From contig NC_092375.1 of assembly GCF_030028105.1 (NCBI RefSeq), forward strand, positions 146,009,415-146,073,414: a stretch of DNA of 64,000 nt, read 5' to 3'. The notes beneath the pieces are model-generated. The model was given only the letters and a program-made list of their open reading frames with translations. It ran no database searches and was not told the origin of the DNA. Below are positions 24,522-37,860 of the stretch, piece by piece. The position numbers and the translations under genes are program-made. Position 1 is the stretch's first letter, and every line of letters starts with the position of its first letter. Source of the DNA: Mobula birostris (lineage: Eukaryota).

Positions 24522-25576
24522 AACACACATCAAAGTTGCTGGTGAATGCAGCAGGCCAGGCAGCATCTCTAGGAAGAGGAACAGTTGATGTTTCGGGCCG
24601 AGACCCTTCATCAGGACTAACTGAAAGTAGAGATAGTAAGAGATTTGAAAGTGGGAGGGGGAGGAGGAGATCTGAAATGATAGGAGAAGACAGGAGGGGG
24701 AGGGATGGAGCCAAGAGCTGGACAGTTGATTGGCAAAAGGGATATGAGAGGATCATGGGACAGGAGGCCTAGGGGGAAAGAAAACGGGGAGGGGGGGAAA
24801 CCAGAGGATGGGCAAGGGGTATAGTCAGAAGGACAGAGGGAGAAAAAGGAGATAGAGAAAAAGAACAAGTGGATATAAATAAATGACGGATGGGGTACGA
24901 TGGGGAGGTAGGGCATTAGCAGAAGTTTGAGGTCAATGTTCATGCCATCAGGTTGGAGGCTACTCAGACAGAATATAAGGTGTTGTTCCTCCAACCTGAA
25001 TGTGGCTTCATCTTTACCGTAGAGGAGGCCGTGAATAGACTTATCAGAATAGGAATGGAATGTGGAATTAAAATGTGTGGCCACTGGGAGATCCTGCTTT
25101 CTCTGGCAGACAGAGCGTAGCCATTCAGCGAAACGATCTCCCAGTCTGCGTGAAGTCTCGCCAATATATAGAAGGCCACATTGGGAGCACTGGACGCAGT
25201 TTATCACTCCTGCCGACCCACAGGTGAAGTGTCGCCTCACCTGGAAGGACTGCCTGGGGCCCTGAATGGTAGTGAGGGAGTAAGTGTAAGGGCATGTGTA
25301 GCACTTGTTCCGCTTACAAGGATAAGTGCCAGGAGGGAGATCGGTGGGGAGGGATGGGGGGGGAGATGAATGGACAAGGGAGTTGCGTAGGGTGCGATCC
25401 CTGCGGAAAGCCGGGGGGTGGGGGAGGGAAAGATGTGTTTAGTGGTGGGATCCCGTTGGAGGTGGCAGAAGTTACGGAAAATAATATGCTGGACCTGGGG
25501 GCTGGTGGGGTGGTAGGTGAGGACAAGGGGAACACTATTCCTAGTGGGGTGGCGGGAGGATGGAGTGAGAGCATCC
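24522..25576 (-). mobile_element. Penelope-like element 3' fragment with GIY-YIG endonuclease remnant and terminal degenerate hammerhead (24582-24619)
   Basis: PLVLTYHP and FTC.S.GVI.C..C..CGLLYIGETSRRLGDRFAE...PVATHFN...EEQ..IF; 10-bp TSD actggtagat (24512-24521 and 25577-25586). Confidence 0.9.
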
Positions 25577-26265
25577 ACTGGTAGATGATTGTTTGTATAA
25601 ACTATAGTTAGTTATTGTAATCTGAGTAATTCATTGAGATATTGGCCTTTCTCACATCAGAAAAATGAATTAAAAGGAATGGAGTATTACAAGGATGTTG
25701 AGGAAATCCAGAATGTGGAGGCGATTGAAATGCTGAGTGTATGTGTACAGTTCTTCAATGACAGGAGAGTGGAAGGCTTTGATTGTTCAACGTGTTCAAC
25801 AAGAGAAGTGGAGCAAACATAATGAATGCTGGAGGTGGGAAAACTACAAGGAACCACTGTGAAAGACAATATTAACTCACACTTGGAGGGTCAAGGGGTT
25901 CATGAAGGGAGAGGCAGCAGAGCATATTGAAGACAAATCATGTTTGACTCATTTGGCTGAACTTGCTGATAAAGAATAGAGGTGGCTGATCGGTGTGCAG
26001 CAGAAACTGTACAGATAGATTGTTGCAAGACGTTTATCAGTTGAATAAGGTATCTGCTCAATTTAGGCAGTTTGGGAAAGAGAACCAAAATGCTACTTTG
26101 ACCTTTGTGAATGGACCTGGGTGATATGTAGCTGTGAATGTTCCTAAACTATTTGGTTTAGACAACAATTAAAATGATAAGAAAGCACAACTGAAAGAAT
26201 CCACAATGCAACAAATGGCTTTCTGTTGCTTTTTGACAATAACTGGAAAAAAGGATTTTGTCACA

Positions 26266-26346
26266 TTTTGCTGATGTTTAATGTTGTGTCATCAGAACAA
26301 CAAGAAACTGCCTAGTGAGACCTTTCTACCCTGCATATAAATACCA
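26266..26346 (+). promoter_or_regulatory. Proximal promoter of copy 3 (TGCTGA 26269, TATA 26336)
   Basis: Intact homologous block despite the downstream frameshift. Confidence 0.65.
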
Positions 26347-26400
26347 ACTCATGTTAGACTGTGAAACATTCAGCTGGTTACCAGACTCACTGTATTCAAA

Positions 26401-27790
26401 ATGGGAAAGGCAAGGACTACTCAGTAAATGAACTAAATGAGAATTCTTCATGAACACCTGAGCAACTATTAACACAAATATGTTTCTTCCCACAGATCAT
26501 CTTCTACGAGGACAGGAACTTCCAGGGTCGGCACTATGAGTGCAGCTCCGACTGTGCCGACCTCTCCCCTTACTTCAGCCGCTGTAACTCCATCCGTGTC
26601 GAGAGTGACCGGTGGGTGTTGTACGAGAGACCCAACTACATGGGATACCAGTATGTCCTGAGCAGGGGAGAGTATCCTGACTACCAGCGCTGGATGGGAT
26701 TCAATGACACAATCAGGTCCTGTCGCAGTTACCCATATGTAAGTAGCAATTTCTTTTTCAGGGAATTTGATCTTTTGCAGTTTGGCTTTGCTGATGGAGA
26801 ATTTGCCTCACAAGCACCTACTGGGTATCAAATATGCCTGAGATTATTAATATGAAGGGCATTTCAAGGCATAGGAGGCAGTAGTGTTGGGTCTCGTAAA
26901 GAGAATTAAGTTGGATAAATCCCCAGTCCTTGATGGGATATAGCCCAGGTTATTGAGAGAGGCAAGAACTGAGATTGCTGGGACCTTGACCAACATTTTT
27001 GGATCTTTTTTAGCTATTTAGAGTTTCGCAACAGTTTTGGTCGTCGAGGCTTTGGAGAGGGTGCAGAGGAGGATTGTCAATAATGCTGTCAGAATGAGAA
27101 GACGTGCTATAACGAAAGGGTGGACAATCTTGTGTGGTTTTCTTTGCAGCAGTGAAGGCTGAGGGGGAGATCTGAGAGAAGTTTCTAAGCTTATCAGAGG
27201 TATCGATAGAGTAGACAGACAGTATCATTGGCCCACAGTTAAAAAATATAATACCAGAGGACATGAATATGTTTTAAGATCTAAATGCAGAATTTCTCAT
27301 ATTTTCTCCTGGGTTTTTCTTTAACATATTTGAACCAGTAGTAATGCCAGTTGGAGACATTGCTGAGGCAGATAGTTAGTGAAATGATCAAATTGCATCT
27401 GACTTTATTTCCCATTGATGTAAATGTCCAGCCTGTGAATTAGTGTTCAGATGTAGTGTATAGTCAGAGAATAGTCTATAAAACATAACTAAAACAGTGT
27501 TTCCTATTCCAGTACCGAGGTGGAAACTACAGGATTAGGATTTACAAGAGGCCTGACTTTGCAGGGCAGATGATGGAATTCATGGATGACTGTCCCTCTG
27601 TCTACGATCGATTCCGTTACTGTGACATTCCATCACCTGTCAGGTGATGGATGGTTACTGGATCTTCTATGAACATCCCAACTACAGAGGCCGACAGTAC
27701 TTCCTGAGACCCGGGGAATACAGGAGATACAGTGACTGGGGTGGCTGCAACTCAATGATCGGGTCCTTCAGGCGTATGAGGGACTTCTAA
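26401..27790 (+). pseudogene. Gamma-crystallin copy 3, frameshifted; exons 26401-26409, 26496-26738, 27513-27790
   Basis: Exon 3 is 278 nt rather than 276: gacattccatcacctgtcag versus gacatccactcctgtcag in the other copies, giving a premature TGA at 27645-27647 (128-aa product). Also DWW>DRW, YER>YKR, and poly(A) signal AATAAA>AGTAAA (27841-27846). An assembly error cannot be excluded. Confidence 0.82.
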
Positions 27791-30700
27791 AAGTGGCTCT
27801 TGAAAATCTGATTTTATTTTGTTGTAATATTTATGGAGGTAGTAAAATACCTTTGATGACACTATCAGCTCACTTGGTTCAGTTATCCTGATCCCACTGG
27901 AAATCCCAGTAGGACAGTAATCATAATCTGAGGACCACATTAACTTGTTTTACCACAGTTGGTTCCAGTTAACAGATAACATTATGATGACTCATAGGAG
28001 GCTGAAAAATGTACACTGAATAGGAAGTTGTTCTTTGCCTCTTGTGTTATTGTATCCATTGTGTGGCATTGAGCTCCATTTCTGAGTTTATTTCCAGTGA
28101 ATTTAATGAGTACAAATATCTATCTTTATGAATTCCATGATTCTGCTGGTTTGTGAAATGACTTCACCAAAAGTCACCTTTTTGTTTTACAAAACATGAT
28201 GAATTCTACCAAAGTTGAGACCAGTGTAAACAACAAGAACACATGGACAGAAATCTGCTGGATAGCTGGAACATATCTATGATTCTCTGTGAGTCCGCAT
28301 TGTGAAGGATGGAATTTGATGTGGAATGATTTGAAGCTGTAGAATCTTCTAAGGAAAGTTAACTGAAAAAGAAATAAGCAAGCATTATTTAATCCTTAGT
28401 AAACACAGATTAAAAGAATATAATAAGACTAAAAAGTAAGTTTTGGAGAGGATGGTGAATCTCTGAGATTGTCTATCTCAGAATGTTGAAGAGGTGGCTC
28501 ATTTGGGATATTGAAAGAGAAGCAGAAGCACTTTTAGAAAGTCAAGATATGGGGAAATGGCCCATTTTAGGAGCAGATTCTGGTGGTGTGGCAATAACTT
28601 CTTACAAATTAAGACTATATTTGTCTGAAAGAAATATGGAAAGTGTGTAGTAGTTTAGCATAGAAGCACAATCTGAGTTATAATTGAAGTTCATCAAATC
28701 CACATGTTTTTGGCCGTTTTCACTTAAGATGGAATTAAATCAAAGCAGAGTGTTGTTTAGGGTTTTAATTCTGAAGGTAGAGTTAATAGATATTAGAGCA
28801 AGGTTTTTTGCTTTGGCAATGAGCAGCGATTACTATTACTTTGGGAAGCTTTCCTCATGGCTTGTTGAGGGATGCTAATGTAAAGATAGAAGAACCTTTT
28901 TTACATTAAAGTTACTTTTCTGTGTTCTTTGGAGTAGAATGAAAGATGATCTTATTGAAACAAATGACTGCCTAAACCACATATCCAGTTTAATGTTGAG
29001 ATCTTTCCATCACTATGGGCTTTGAAAAAGTTGTCATAGCTACAATTATTTAAAGTTGAGGTATTGAGAAATTTATTCTCACTCAAACTGGCAAACCAAT
29101 AACCCAGTAAAGTTACAGCGAATTTATCTGTTGTGTCATCTCATAGAATTGCCTGAAATAATAATCTCAGATGTAACCTCCTTAACAATATGATTTCCCC
29201 AAAGTGAAGGAAACCGATGGATGACATTAGAGAGGTTTTTAAAATTATGAGAAGCCTGTGGAAGATAAAGTATTTTTCACAGGGTAGAGGAGACTAAAAT
29301 GAGAGGACATAGATTTAGGATGTGAGGGAAAAGAGGGGACCTGAGGGGCACATTTTTCCCACAGAGTGTGGTGGGTATATGGAACAAGCTACCGGTGGAA
29401 CTTGTAATGGTCGGTACAATTTCACTGTTTAAAAAGTATTTAGACAGGTACATGGATAGTAAATATGAAGCAATGCAGGCAAGTTGGTCCTGAAGAGGTG
29501 AACAAATCGGTCAGCATGGATAAGGTCAGCAACCACATGGAAACATCTCCACCTGGAAGTTTCTTCCAAGCCACACTCACACAATTGAAGATATGAAAAC
29601 AGCTGAAGTTACATTGGATATTTTTAAAGCTGTTATAAAAAAACTAACAACTGGAAAAGTACCGACAGTGATAATAGTCATAATTATTGGCATAAAAATT
29701 TACTTGCTTTCATTTGTACCTATTAACACATATCAATAATTTTTTCAAAAATCTTGAAAGAGTACCCGAATTTTTGACAGAAGGTAAAACATAACTCTTA
29801 CCAAAAAGAGAAATCACAAATGACTCATTAAAATATTGTCCTATTACTTGTTTACAAACTATAAGTAAAATTGTAACTTCATGCATCTCATAACCAATCA
29901 CCACTCACTTAGATATCCACTATATACCTACAGAAGAACAGCAAGGATGCCTTAAGGTCATGAAAGGATGTAAAGAACAACTGATAATAGATGCTGTAAT
30001 TCCAAATCAAGCCTGGAGCAACAGCAAAAATCTTTCATGTTGCTATATTGACCAGTAAAAAGCATTTGATTCTGTTCCACATTCATAGTTAACTGAACTT
30101 CCTAACACAGTATATATAAACTACACCCAATACTTGTGTAATTCCTACATCAGATGAAGCATTGGTGCACTCTATCTATTGACAATTAAAAAAGAACAGC
30201 AATCGTTATCAAAATAAACCAATGCATTTATTAGGGCAACTCCCTAAGCCCATTGATTTTGTCTAGCTCTCTAATTTACTGAATTGGATGAAAATAGTGT
30301 ATCCAATCAGAAACAACCAAACGAATTACACCTTGACACACCTTCTATTCATGGATGATTTGAAATTAAACGCTCCATCATCCGTAAAGCTAAAGCAATT
30401 AAATCAAATAGTAGAACTATTTTTGAATGATATGAACTTGAACTTCAGACTGGATTAGCACAGAATATAAAGAAAACTGCAATAAAGGTCATAGAATACA
30501 AAACAGAGCAGCTGGATACAAAAGGATGAATATGAAACATTTAAGTATTTGGGATATCAACCGCAGACCAAATAAATCATAGTACAATAAAGGGAAAACT
30601 TGCAACAGGATTTTCTTCAAAGCTGAAGAAAATTTGCCAGACAGAGCTCAATAGTAAAACTACAACAACAGCAGTAAACACTTCTGCTTGGACATAATTT

Positions 30701-31035
30701 CAAGTCCACATTGGGTAAAACTTGAATGTAAATCCGTACAAGGGTTCTCACTGGGTTCTATTTCAGGGACTTTGCTTCCCTTTGCTCTTTCTAAATTGCA
30801 TAAACAACTGGATAATCCAATAGTTAAATATACTTTACGAATATGGTTTCAATTTCAAAAAATGTTTGGGTTGAATCAATTTATTTTAGTAAGTCTTATT
30901 ACATCTAATTTTTTTTTCAACCCTCTATTACGGATCAAGCCTATTTGGTTTGGAAAACCAAGGGTACATTACGATTTTGTGATCTATTTTTGGATAACTG
31001 TTTCATGTCCTTTGAACAATTATCTAATAAATATA

Positions 31036-31495
31036 GTTCACCTGTGGCTCTCCGTAGCTGTTTGCATGCTACAGCGGCCATACCCCGGGCAACGACTTCG
31101 ACAAGCTGGCTAAACCAGGCGAGAGTAGCCGATGGGTCTCAAACCCTGGGTGAGATAGGGAGTTGTCTATCCCAGCATGTGAAGACAGACTCTGGCGGAT
31201 TGAGCGGACGAGACCAATGGAAGCTCCAACGGTCAAGAAGGTGGTCTCTGCAAATGTGGTGGAATGTGTAGAGCAGGAAAAGACACAGAAGACTTCCTGG
31301 TCATCCACTACGCCTAGTCCCATTTCCAGCCATCTCGACTCTGTCTTGCCACTGGATCCAGATGGGAATTGGGAAGAGAGAGTGAGGCTGACGCTGCACA
31401 GCTCTCCCTCACTTAAATCCAAATCACGCGTTAGTCTCGACACCATCATAATGGCGTCGAGGTCCCCATCGATGTCAATGGACGAACAGCAGTAG
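31036..31495 (+). mobile_element. 460-bp non-coding retroposon (SINE-like, family unassigned)
   Basis: 11-bp TSD TAATAAATATA (31025-31035 and 31496-31506), 3' hairpin CTCGACACCAT-CATA-ATGGCGTCGAG, CAG/TAG tail. Confidence 0.7.
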
Positions 31496-31590
31496 TAATA
31501 AATATAATTTGCCTAGATCACATTTCTTTAGATATTTACAGATTAGAAAATTTTTAAATACTGTTCTTCCTACCTTTCCAAATCTATATC

Positions 31591-34506
31591 TGTAGTGTTC
31601 TCGTGCAGTGTGCTGAAACTCTGACTAAACACCAAGTTAAACCGGATCCAATGAAGACAGAGTCGTAGTAAGGTTAAACATTTACTGTTCACTCTTCCAC
31701 ATTAACATCGTATGGTGAAAACTGTTGATAAAAAATACAAACATATACAGCGTCTGTTTCATTCTGGAGACCACCCGCACTCTCTTCTTTTAGCAAGTGT
31801 CTCCAGCTGCCCCGAGTAGTGGGCGAGGGGGGTCGTGTCAAACTGCCCTCGGGCTCGAGCTGACCCCGCGTTTGAAATTGAAAAGCCGGCACGTGCACTG
31901 CCCCAACCGCCGCTTCCTTAACAGAAACCATGTTAATATTTTTATTTCAAATACATTCTTTTGAACTTATGGCGTTGCTTCTATAATGTTTCTTTGTGGG
32001 TAGAAACGGAGCTCTTCACGATCATGCTGCACGCATGACACCCATCTTCACACCTTCTTCGAAGCGAAGTTACACACAAGACGCAGTGAAACCAGAGGTG
32101 ATGTCATCACATGCCGTGATATACCATAGACAATGAATTTACCTTTGTTAAACTGTAACATAGTTATCAACTTTTAACTTTAACTAGAAAATAGTTACAA
32201 ACAAATCATTTAAACCGTAGAGCCAACAAAGTCAAATAAATGTCTTAAGGGCAGCACACTCCCCGCCTGACCTTTGTAAGGTCACTATAAACATGGTATA
32301 GAACTTTAGTCTCCAGATCAGTCTTTAGGTAGAAGTAGAACAGCCTCTGTAACTGGTCTCAGGTTTCCTTTTCAGGGTACGTTGCAAAGATGTGAACCGG
32401 TTGACTGCCTGCTCTTTGTTGTTTGGCAAGCGCTGGCGCGGTTCTCTGAACGGTAGTGGGGTGACCCAGTTGTTTGCTTCGTCTCTAAAGACCTTTGTGT
32501 CCATTATTTTTAAGAAGATGGCATCTTTTACTGATGGAGCAAGTTTATTATCGTGCTTAGTTTGAGTGAAGACTGACTGTCCCAGTGTCTTCTCAGTTAC
32601 TGTACTATGCTCGTGCCTTTGTTGTGCTTCCTTGATACACATAACACTTGTGGAGGGCTGAGAAGTTGAATGGCGGCCTCTTTCTAGCACATTAGTCTTG
32701 AGCGTGTTAACTGTCGGTTTGTGTATGTTGCCAGGGCACACCTCTCCTATCACCACCCAGCGCAGATCCAGACGTTGGACGAAGGAGGTGTTGTGTGGTA
32801 CATTGACCTGCTGCCTGACTTTGTGCACCCTAAGAACGTCTCTTCCGAGTAGCAGGAGTATTTCTGCTTCCGGATCCAGTTCTGGGATGTGCTTGGCAAT
32901 GTGGTGGAGATGGGGCTGGTGTAGCACTGCTCTTGGTGTCGGAATCTCAGATCGGTTGTTCAAGATCTCATTGCACACTAAGAGTGGAGGGAGACTGATG
33001 ACGACTTTGCCATCCAGCGACTCGAGCTGGAAGCCTTCTGCCTTCCTGCCATATGTTTCTGCGATGCCAGAGCAAGTTCTGAGGTAGTATGGGAATGGAT
33101 TACACTTTACGCTGAACAACTTGAAGAACTCTGGTCTCACTAGTGAGCGGTTGCTCTGGTCCTCCAGAATTACATAGGGTTTGATGGCCTTGCCTTTGGC
33201 TCCCTTAGGGTATGCCTTAGTGAGGCAGATCTTTGAGCACGAATGGCTCAACTGACCTGGACTACAAACTTCTGACAATAGTTGTATCAGCGTGATGCTC
33301 TCCCTCCCTGCCATCCTCTTGTAGGAGTGGAGGAGCCTTGGCAGTTTGCGGTGACGGGCCGGGATGCATGGCTCCATCGTGATTAGTACTGTTACATTCC
33401 GAGCACTTTACGTGGAACGTACACTCTTTAGCGAGGTGGGAGGTAGAGGAACAGCACTTAAAACATATTCTGTTTTCCTTGAGAAGGGCCTTTCTTTCGC
33501 CAAAGGGTTTGTTTCGAAACATTCTGCATTTTTTGAGGGGGTGAGGTTTGTTGTGCAATGGACAATTCTTGCTAGGGTCATCGTCGATTGCGGAGACTTC
33601 GGTTTTATGCACTGAGACGGGTTTATTGATGACAAAATTGTTCAAAATGGGTTCGACTGGCTTGGTGTGAGTTGTGGTGCTGCCTTGATTCATGAAACTA
33701 GTGTCGTTTCGCCTCTTTGCCTCCTTGCACACAAACCTACTAAAATACTCAAAGGCAGGGATCGACCACCATTCTCTTCTTTGTACTCTGAGCCAACAGA
33801 CACCCATCTTTCCTGCAGCCCAAACGGAAGCTTGTCCAAAATTGGTCCAACTCCACGTGAGATATTCAGATACGACAGGCCACTTAAATACCCGTCTTCT
33901 TTAGCACCTTGAAGCTCCATGAGTAAATCTCCGAATTCTCGTAATTTAGTGTGGTCTTTGGTTGACACCCTAGGAAAATTGTCCAGCCATTGAAATAGCA
34001 CCCTCTCAATAATCTCAGGGTCCGCATAGCAGTCCCAAAGTCTCTTCCATGCTTTGTGTAAGGCTAGTTTGGGGTTACTGATGTAAACTGAGCATATGCA
34101 TTTCACCTGTTCACTTGATTCCTTTCCCAGCCACTTAGTCATAAGGTCCAACTCTTGGTTTGCTATGAGCTGGACTCCGTCGATGGCACTGGTGAATGAG
34201 GAGTACCACGCATGGTAATTTTTAGGCTTATCGTCAAACTGGTACAGTCCTGAATTGACGAGGTCTCGTCACGCTAAATACTGTGCCAAGGGTTCTGCTG
34301 CAGGTGGCGTGCTAGCTGGGGGAATGTGTTGGGGAACATATGACTGAGCGTGTACGTTCATGATGTGATTTGGTGTTCTGACTTCAGCCTTTGTTTCTGT
34401 TCTCGCCGGATCTGGTAAGTTTGGTGTCGGGAAGTATTCGTAATCAGCGCCTTCATACTTGAGTTTGTGGCAAGGGTGCAATTGTGAGTTGTCTTCCCCA
34501 GGTGGA
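31591..34506 (-). mobile_element. BEL/Pao LTR retrotransposon, 5'-truncated and internally deleted; 3' LTR 31591-32258, PPT 32259-32268
   Basis: Gag with triple Cys/His knuckles (CPLH..PH..KKC, CFKCC...HLAKEC, CSEC...H...MH), protease-like ILEDQSNRSL, PLPF...LPNN...A..R. LTR is TG...CA preceded by AGGCGGGGAG. Confidence 0.88.
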
Positions 34507-35949
34507 CCTATTATGGCAATTTTTGGTTTACCAATGACAGAACCAATTCATCTAACCTCTTCAGCTTGTCAGATGATTGCATTTGTTACATTAATGGCTA
34601 GAATATCCATTTTGCTGAATTGGAAAGAGATTAATCCTCCTACTACATTTCGTTGGTTCTCTCAAACTATGTTGTGCTTAAATTTAGAAAAAATTAGGAG
34701 CGTCATTTATGATCCTTCTATTAAATTCGAAAAGACTTGGAGGCCATTTATTCAACACTTCCATATGATGTAATTTGACCTTTTCCAAACCTATTCTATT
34801 AATTTAAAATATATGAAGAGAGGAGCGGAGTTAATGACACTAATGGTCCTATTTGATGTAACATTACAGCCCATGTCTTTTTCTTTTATTCGTTTAGTTG
34901 CTTAGTATTGTTTAGTTTAGTTTTTTGGGGGGTATTTTGTTTTTTTCCTTTATTTTTTCTATGCTACTTTTACTTTTTTTTACTTATATTTGTATTCTTA
35001 TTTTGCAAGACTTTGGGAGTTTTTATATCCATGTGTTAATTGAGTTTATACTTTTATAAGCTAATTATTAATAATGTAAACCCAGTAGCTTTGTATTAAT
35101 ATTATGCTATGTTTAACATTTTGATATCAATTAAAAAATTGGAAAAGAAAAGAACACTTCTGCTATACCCATATTTACATATTCTTTTGACATGATATCT
35201 TGGTGCGAATCTGATCTGCATAATTTACAAAGAAAAATAAGAACTGAAATGAGAAATTTTAGAAAACACTATGCGCACTCGAGCACATTTTGAGTAACTC
35301 TACCTAGGACTGAAGGAGGAAGTGGAATATCCGACATAAAAAATTTACACAACAGATGGGTAAAACTCCTACGGATATAGTTTCATTAACAAAAACAGGA
35401 TTCAGCATTCTATGTGAGCATATGTAATCCTGATAAGAAGTACACACAACTAAACTTAAATGAATGCACAAGCCAGGTAAATGAAGAAGTTATCACTATA
35501 GAAGAAAAAGTTAACCAATAGAAGAGCATGATCCTCCATGGAAGACATCGCCATGATCTGAGCAGACAAGATGTTGAAATGAAAGCATGGAGCACCTGTC
35601 TCAGAGTCGGAGACCTCTTCCGAGAAACAGAGGAGTTCCTTGTGCCAATATAGGACCAGCAGGTTAACACAAAAGTTATCAAAAATACATAATAAAAAAA
35701 CAACAAATTCAGGATGATAAAAAAGGAAAATGCCAAGAGAAATCAGAAACAATCCTGCAGCAGTTTAACTCAGTCTGATTACTTGCACAGGCACAATCAA
35801 GTAGCAAGAATCATACACCAAAATCAAGCTTTAAAATACAACCTCATAAAAGATACCATGCCTTACTATAAATACAAGCGTGATCAAATTTCACATCAAA
35901 GTTCTGCAAGATATATTGTGACTGATGTCATAAGCAATGTGTATCAAGA

Positions 35950-37860
35950 CCACGAGAAGAAGAGTCCGTGAAAGTGAGTCCATCAGTTGTGGGATCAGTT
36001 TAATGATGGGCAAGTGAAGTTGAGTGAAGTTATCTCCTCTGGTTCAAGAACCTGATCCTTGAGAAGTAATAACTGTTCCTAAATCTGATAGTGTGAGTCC
36101 TAAGGCTTCTGTACCTTTTTCTTGATTGCAACAGTGAGAAGAGAGTGGGTGGTGGGGTCCCCTGACGATGGATGATGCTTTCTTCTGACAATCCTCTGTG
36201 TAGATGTGCTCAATGATGGGGAGGGTTTTACTTATGATGGACTGGGTCGTATCCATTACTTGTAGTACAAGGGCATTGGTGTTTCAATACCAGCCTATGA
36301 TACAGCCAGTCAATATTCTCTCTACCATACATCTGTGGAAGCGTCATTCCAAATCTTTGCAAATCTCTAAGTAAGTAAAGGTTCTGTCGTGCTTTCTTTG
36401 TAATTGGACAGCACTGATCAACCACCTCTATTCTTTCATCATTAAATTCAGCCTGATGAGTCATATGTGATTTGTCTTCAATAATCCCTGCTGGGCAGAG
36501 GACAGGTCCTTTGAAATTGTAACACTGAAGAATTTAAAGTTGATGATCCTTTCTACTTCTGATTCCTCCGATGAGGCCTGGCTCATAGACCTCCAGTTTC
36601 CTCCTCCTGAAGTCAATAATCTGCACTTAGGTCTTGCTGACTTTGAGTAAGAGGTTGCTGCTGTGGGACCACGCAGCCAGATTTTCAATCTTTTTTCTAT
36701 ATGCTGATTCATTACCACCTTTGACATGGCTGATGACATTCAAGTCAGCAGCAAACTAAAACCTGACGTTGGAGCTGTGCTTAGCCACACAATCATAAGT
36801 GTGAAGTGTGTAGAGCTGGGGGCTAAGCACACAGCCTCGAGGTGCGCCTGTGCTGATGGAGATTATGGAGGAAAATTTGTTGTCAATCCAAATTGACTGG
36901 TGTTTGCAAGTGAGTAAATCAAGGATCCAATTACACAAGGTGTTATTGAGGCCAAGGTCTTAAAGCTTATTGGTTAGTTTTGAGGGGATGATAGTATTGA
37001 ATGCTGAGCTGTGGTCAATAAGGAGCATCCTGTTACACGCATCTTTGCTGTCCAGATGTTCTAGGATGTAGTAAAGAGCCAATGAAATGGAATCTGCTGT
37101 GGACCTGCTGTGCCAGTAGGCAAACTGAGGCAGATTTAAAAGGCTTCCCAAGCAGGAGTTGATATTTTTCATCATCAACCTCCCAAAGCACATCATCACA
37201 GTGGATGTAAGTGCTCCTGGACAATAGTCATTGAGGGAAGTTAGCATATTCTTCTTAGGCACAGACATAATTGAAGCTTGCTTAAGGCTGGTGAGTACCT
37301 CAGACTGCCGCAGTGAGAAGTTAAAGATCTCATTGAACACTCCAGGCAGCTGATCAGACAGCACAGGTCTTTAGTACATGGCAGGTCCCCATTGAAGTTG
37401 GATGGCCTCTGTAGGTTCATCCACATGATGGAGGCTCTCACTTTGGCCTCAGAGACTGAAAACACAGGGTCATCAGGGGATGTGGGTGTTCATGATGGTT
37501 TCTCCATGTTTTGATGGTCAAAATGAGCATAGAAGACACTGAGCTCATTTGGAAGTGAATCCCTGCTTCACCCATGTCTTGCTTTCACTTTGTACGAAGA
37601 GATAGATTTCATCCCCTGCCACAGCTGACGAGCATCCTTCAGTGATTCAAGTTTCGCCTGGAACTGCCACTTCTCTCGTGAGATGGCTTTCCAGATATCG
37701 TACATGGATCTCTTGTAACTTTCTTGGTTGTAAGACTTGAATGCCTCAGATCTGGGTCTCAGCCGATTGTGGATCTCATAGTTCATCCAGAGCTTCTGGT
37801 TGGGGAAGAATCTAAATGATTTTGTGCAAGCACACTCATCTATAATTGCTTTATAAACCA
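35950..37860 (-). mobile_element. Rex1/Babar LINE remnant upstream of copy 4 (most complete copy)
   Basis: LNDY.P.ALTS.VM.CF.RL, QFAY...[27 protein letters not shown]. Confidence 0.88.

Larger units (their letters stand above)
30689..35152 (+). mobile_element. L1-clade 3' fragment (30689-31035, 31496-31590, ~34507-35152)
   Basis: 12-bp TSD AACACTTCTGCT (30677-30688 and 35153-35164). C-terminus LMARISILLNWK...P..FRW...LEKIR...F.KTWRPF is homologous to the L1 at 4688. Confidence 0.85.
29530..35880 (+). mobile_element. R4/Dong-like fragment (29530-30688 and 35153-35880) hosting a nested L1/SINE/BEL stack
   Basis: NWK..G.D...NYW.K, PITCL.T..K, EEQ.GC, KAFDSVPH and FMDDLKL remnants; colinear on both sides of the insertion. 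Confidence 0.75.

Noticed and set aside
26607-26615. W>R change in copy 3 as loss of the core Trp42 equivalent
   Set aside because: The change hits the first Trp of DWW; the second Trp, which aligns with the conserved core Trp, is retained.
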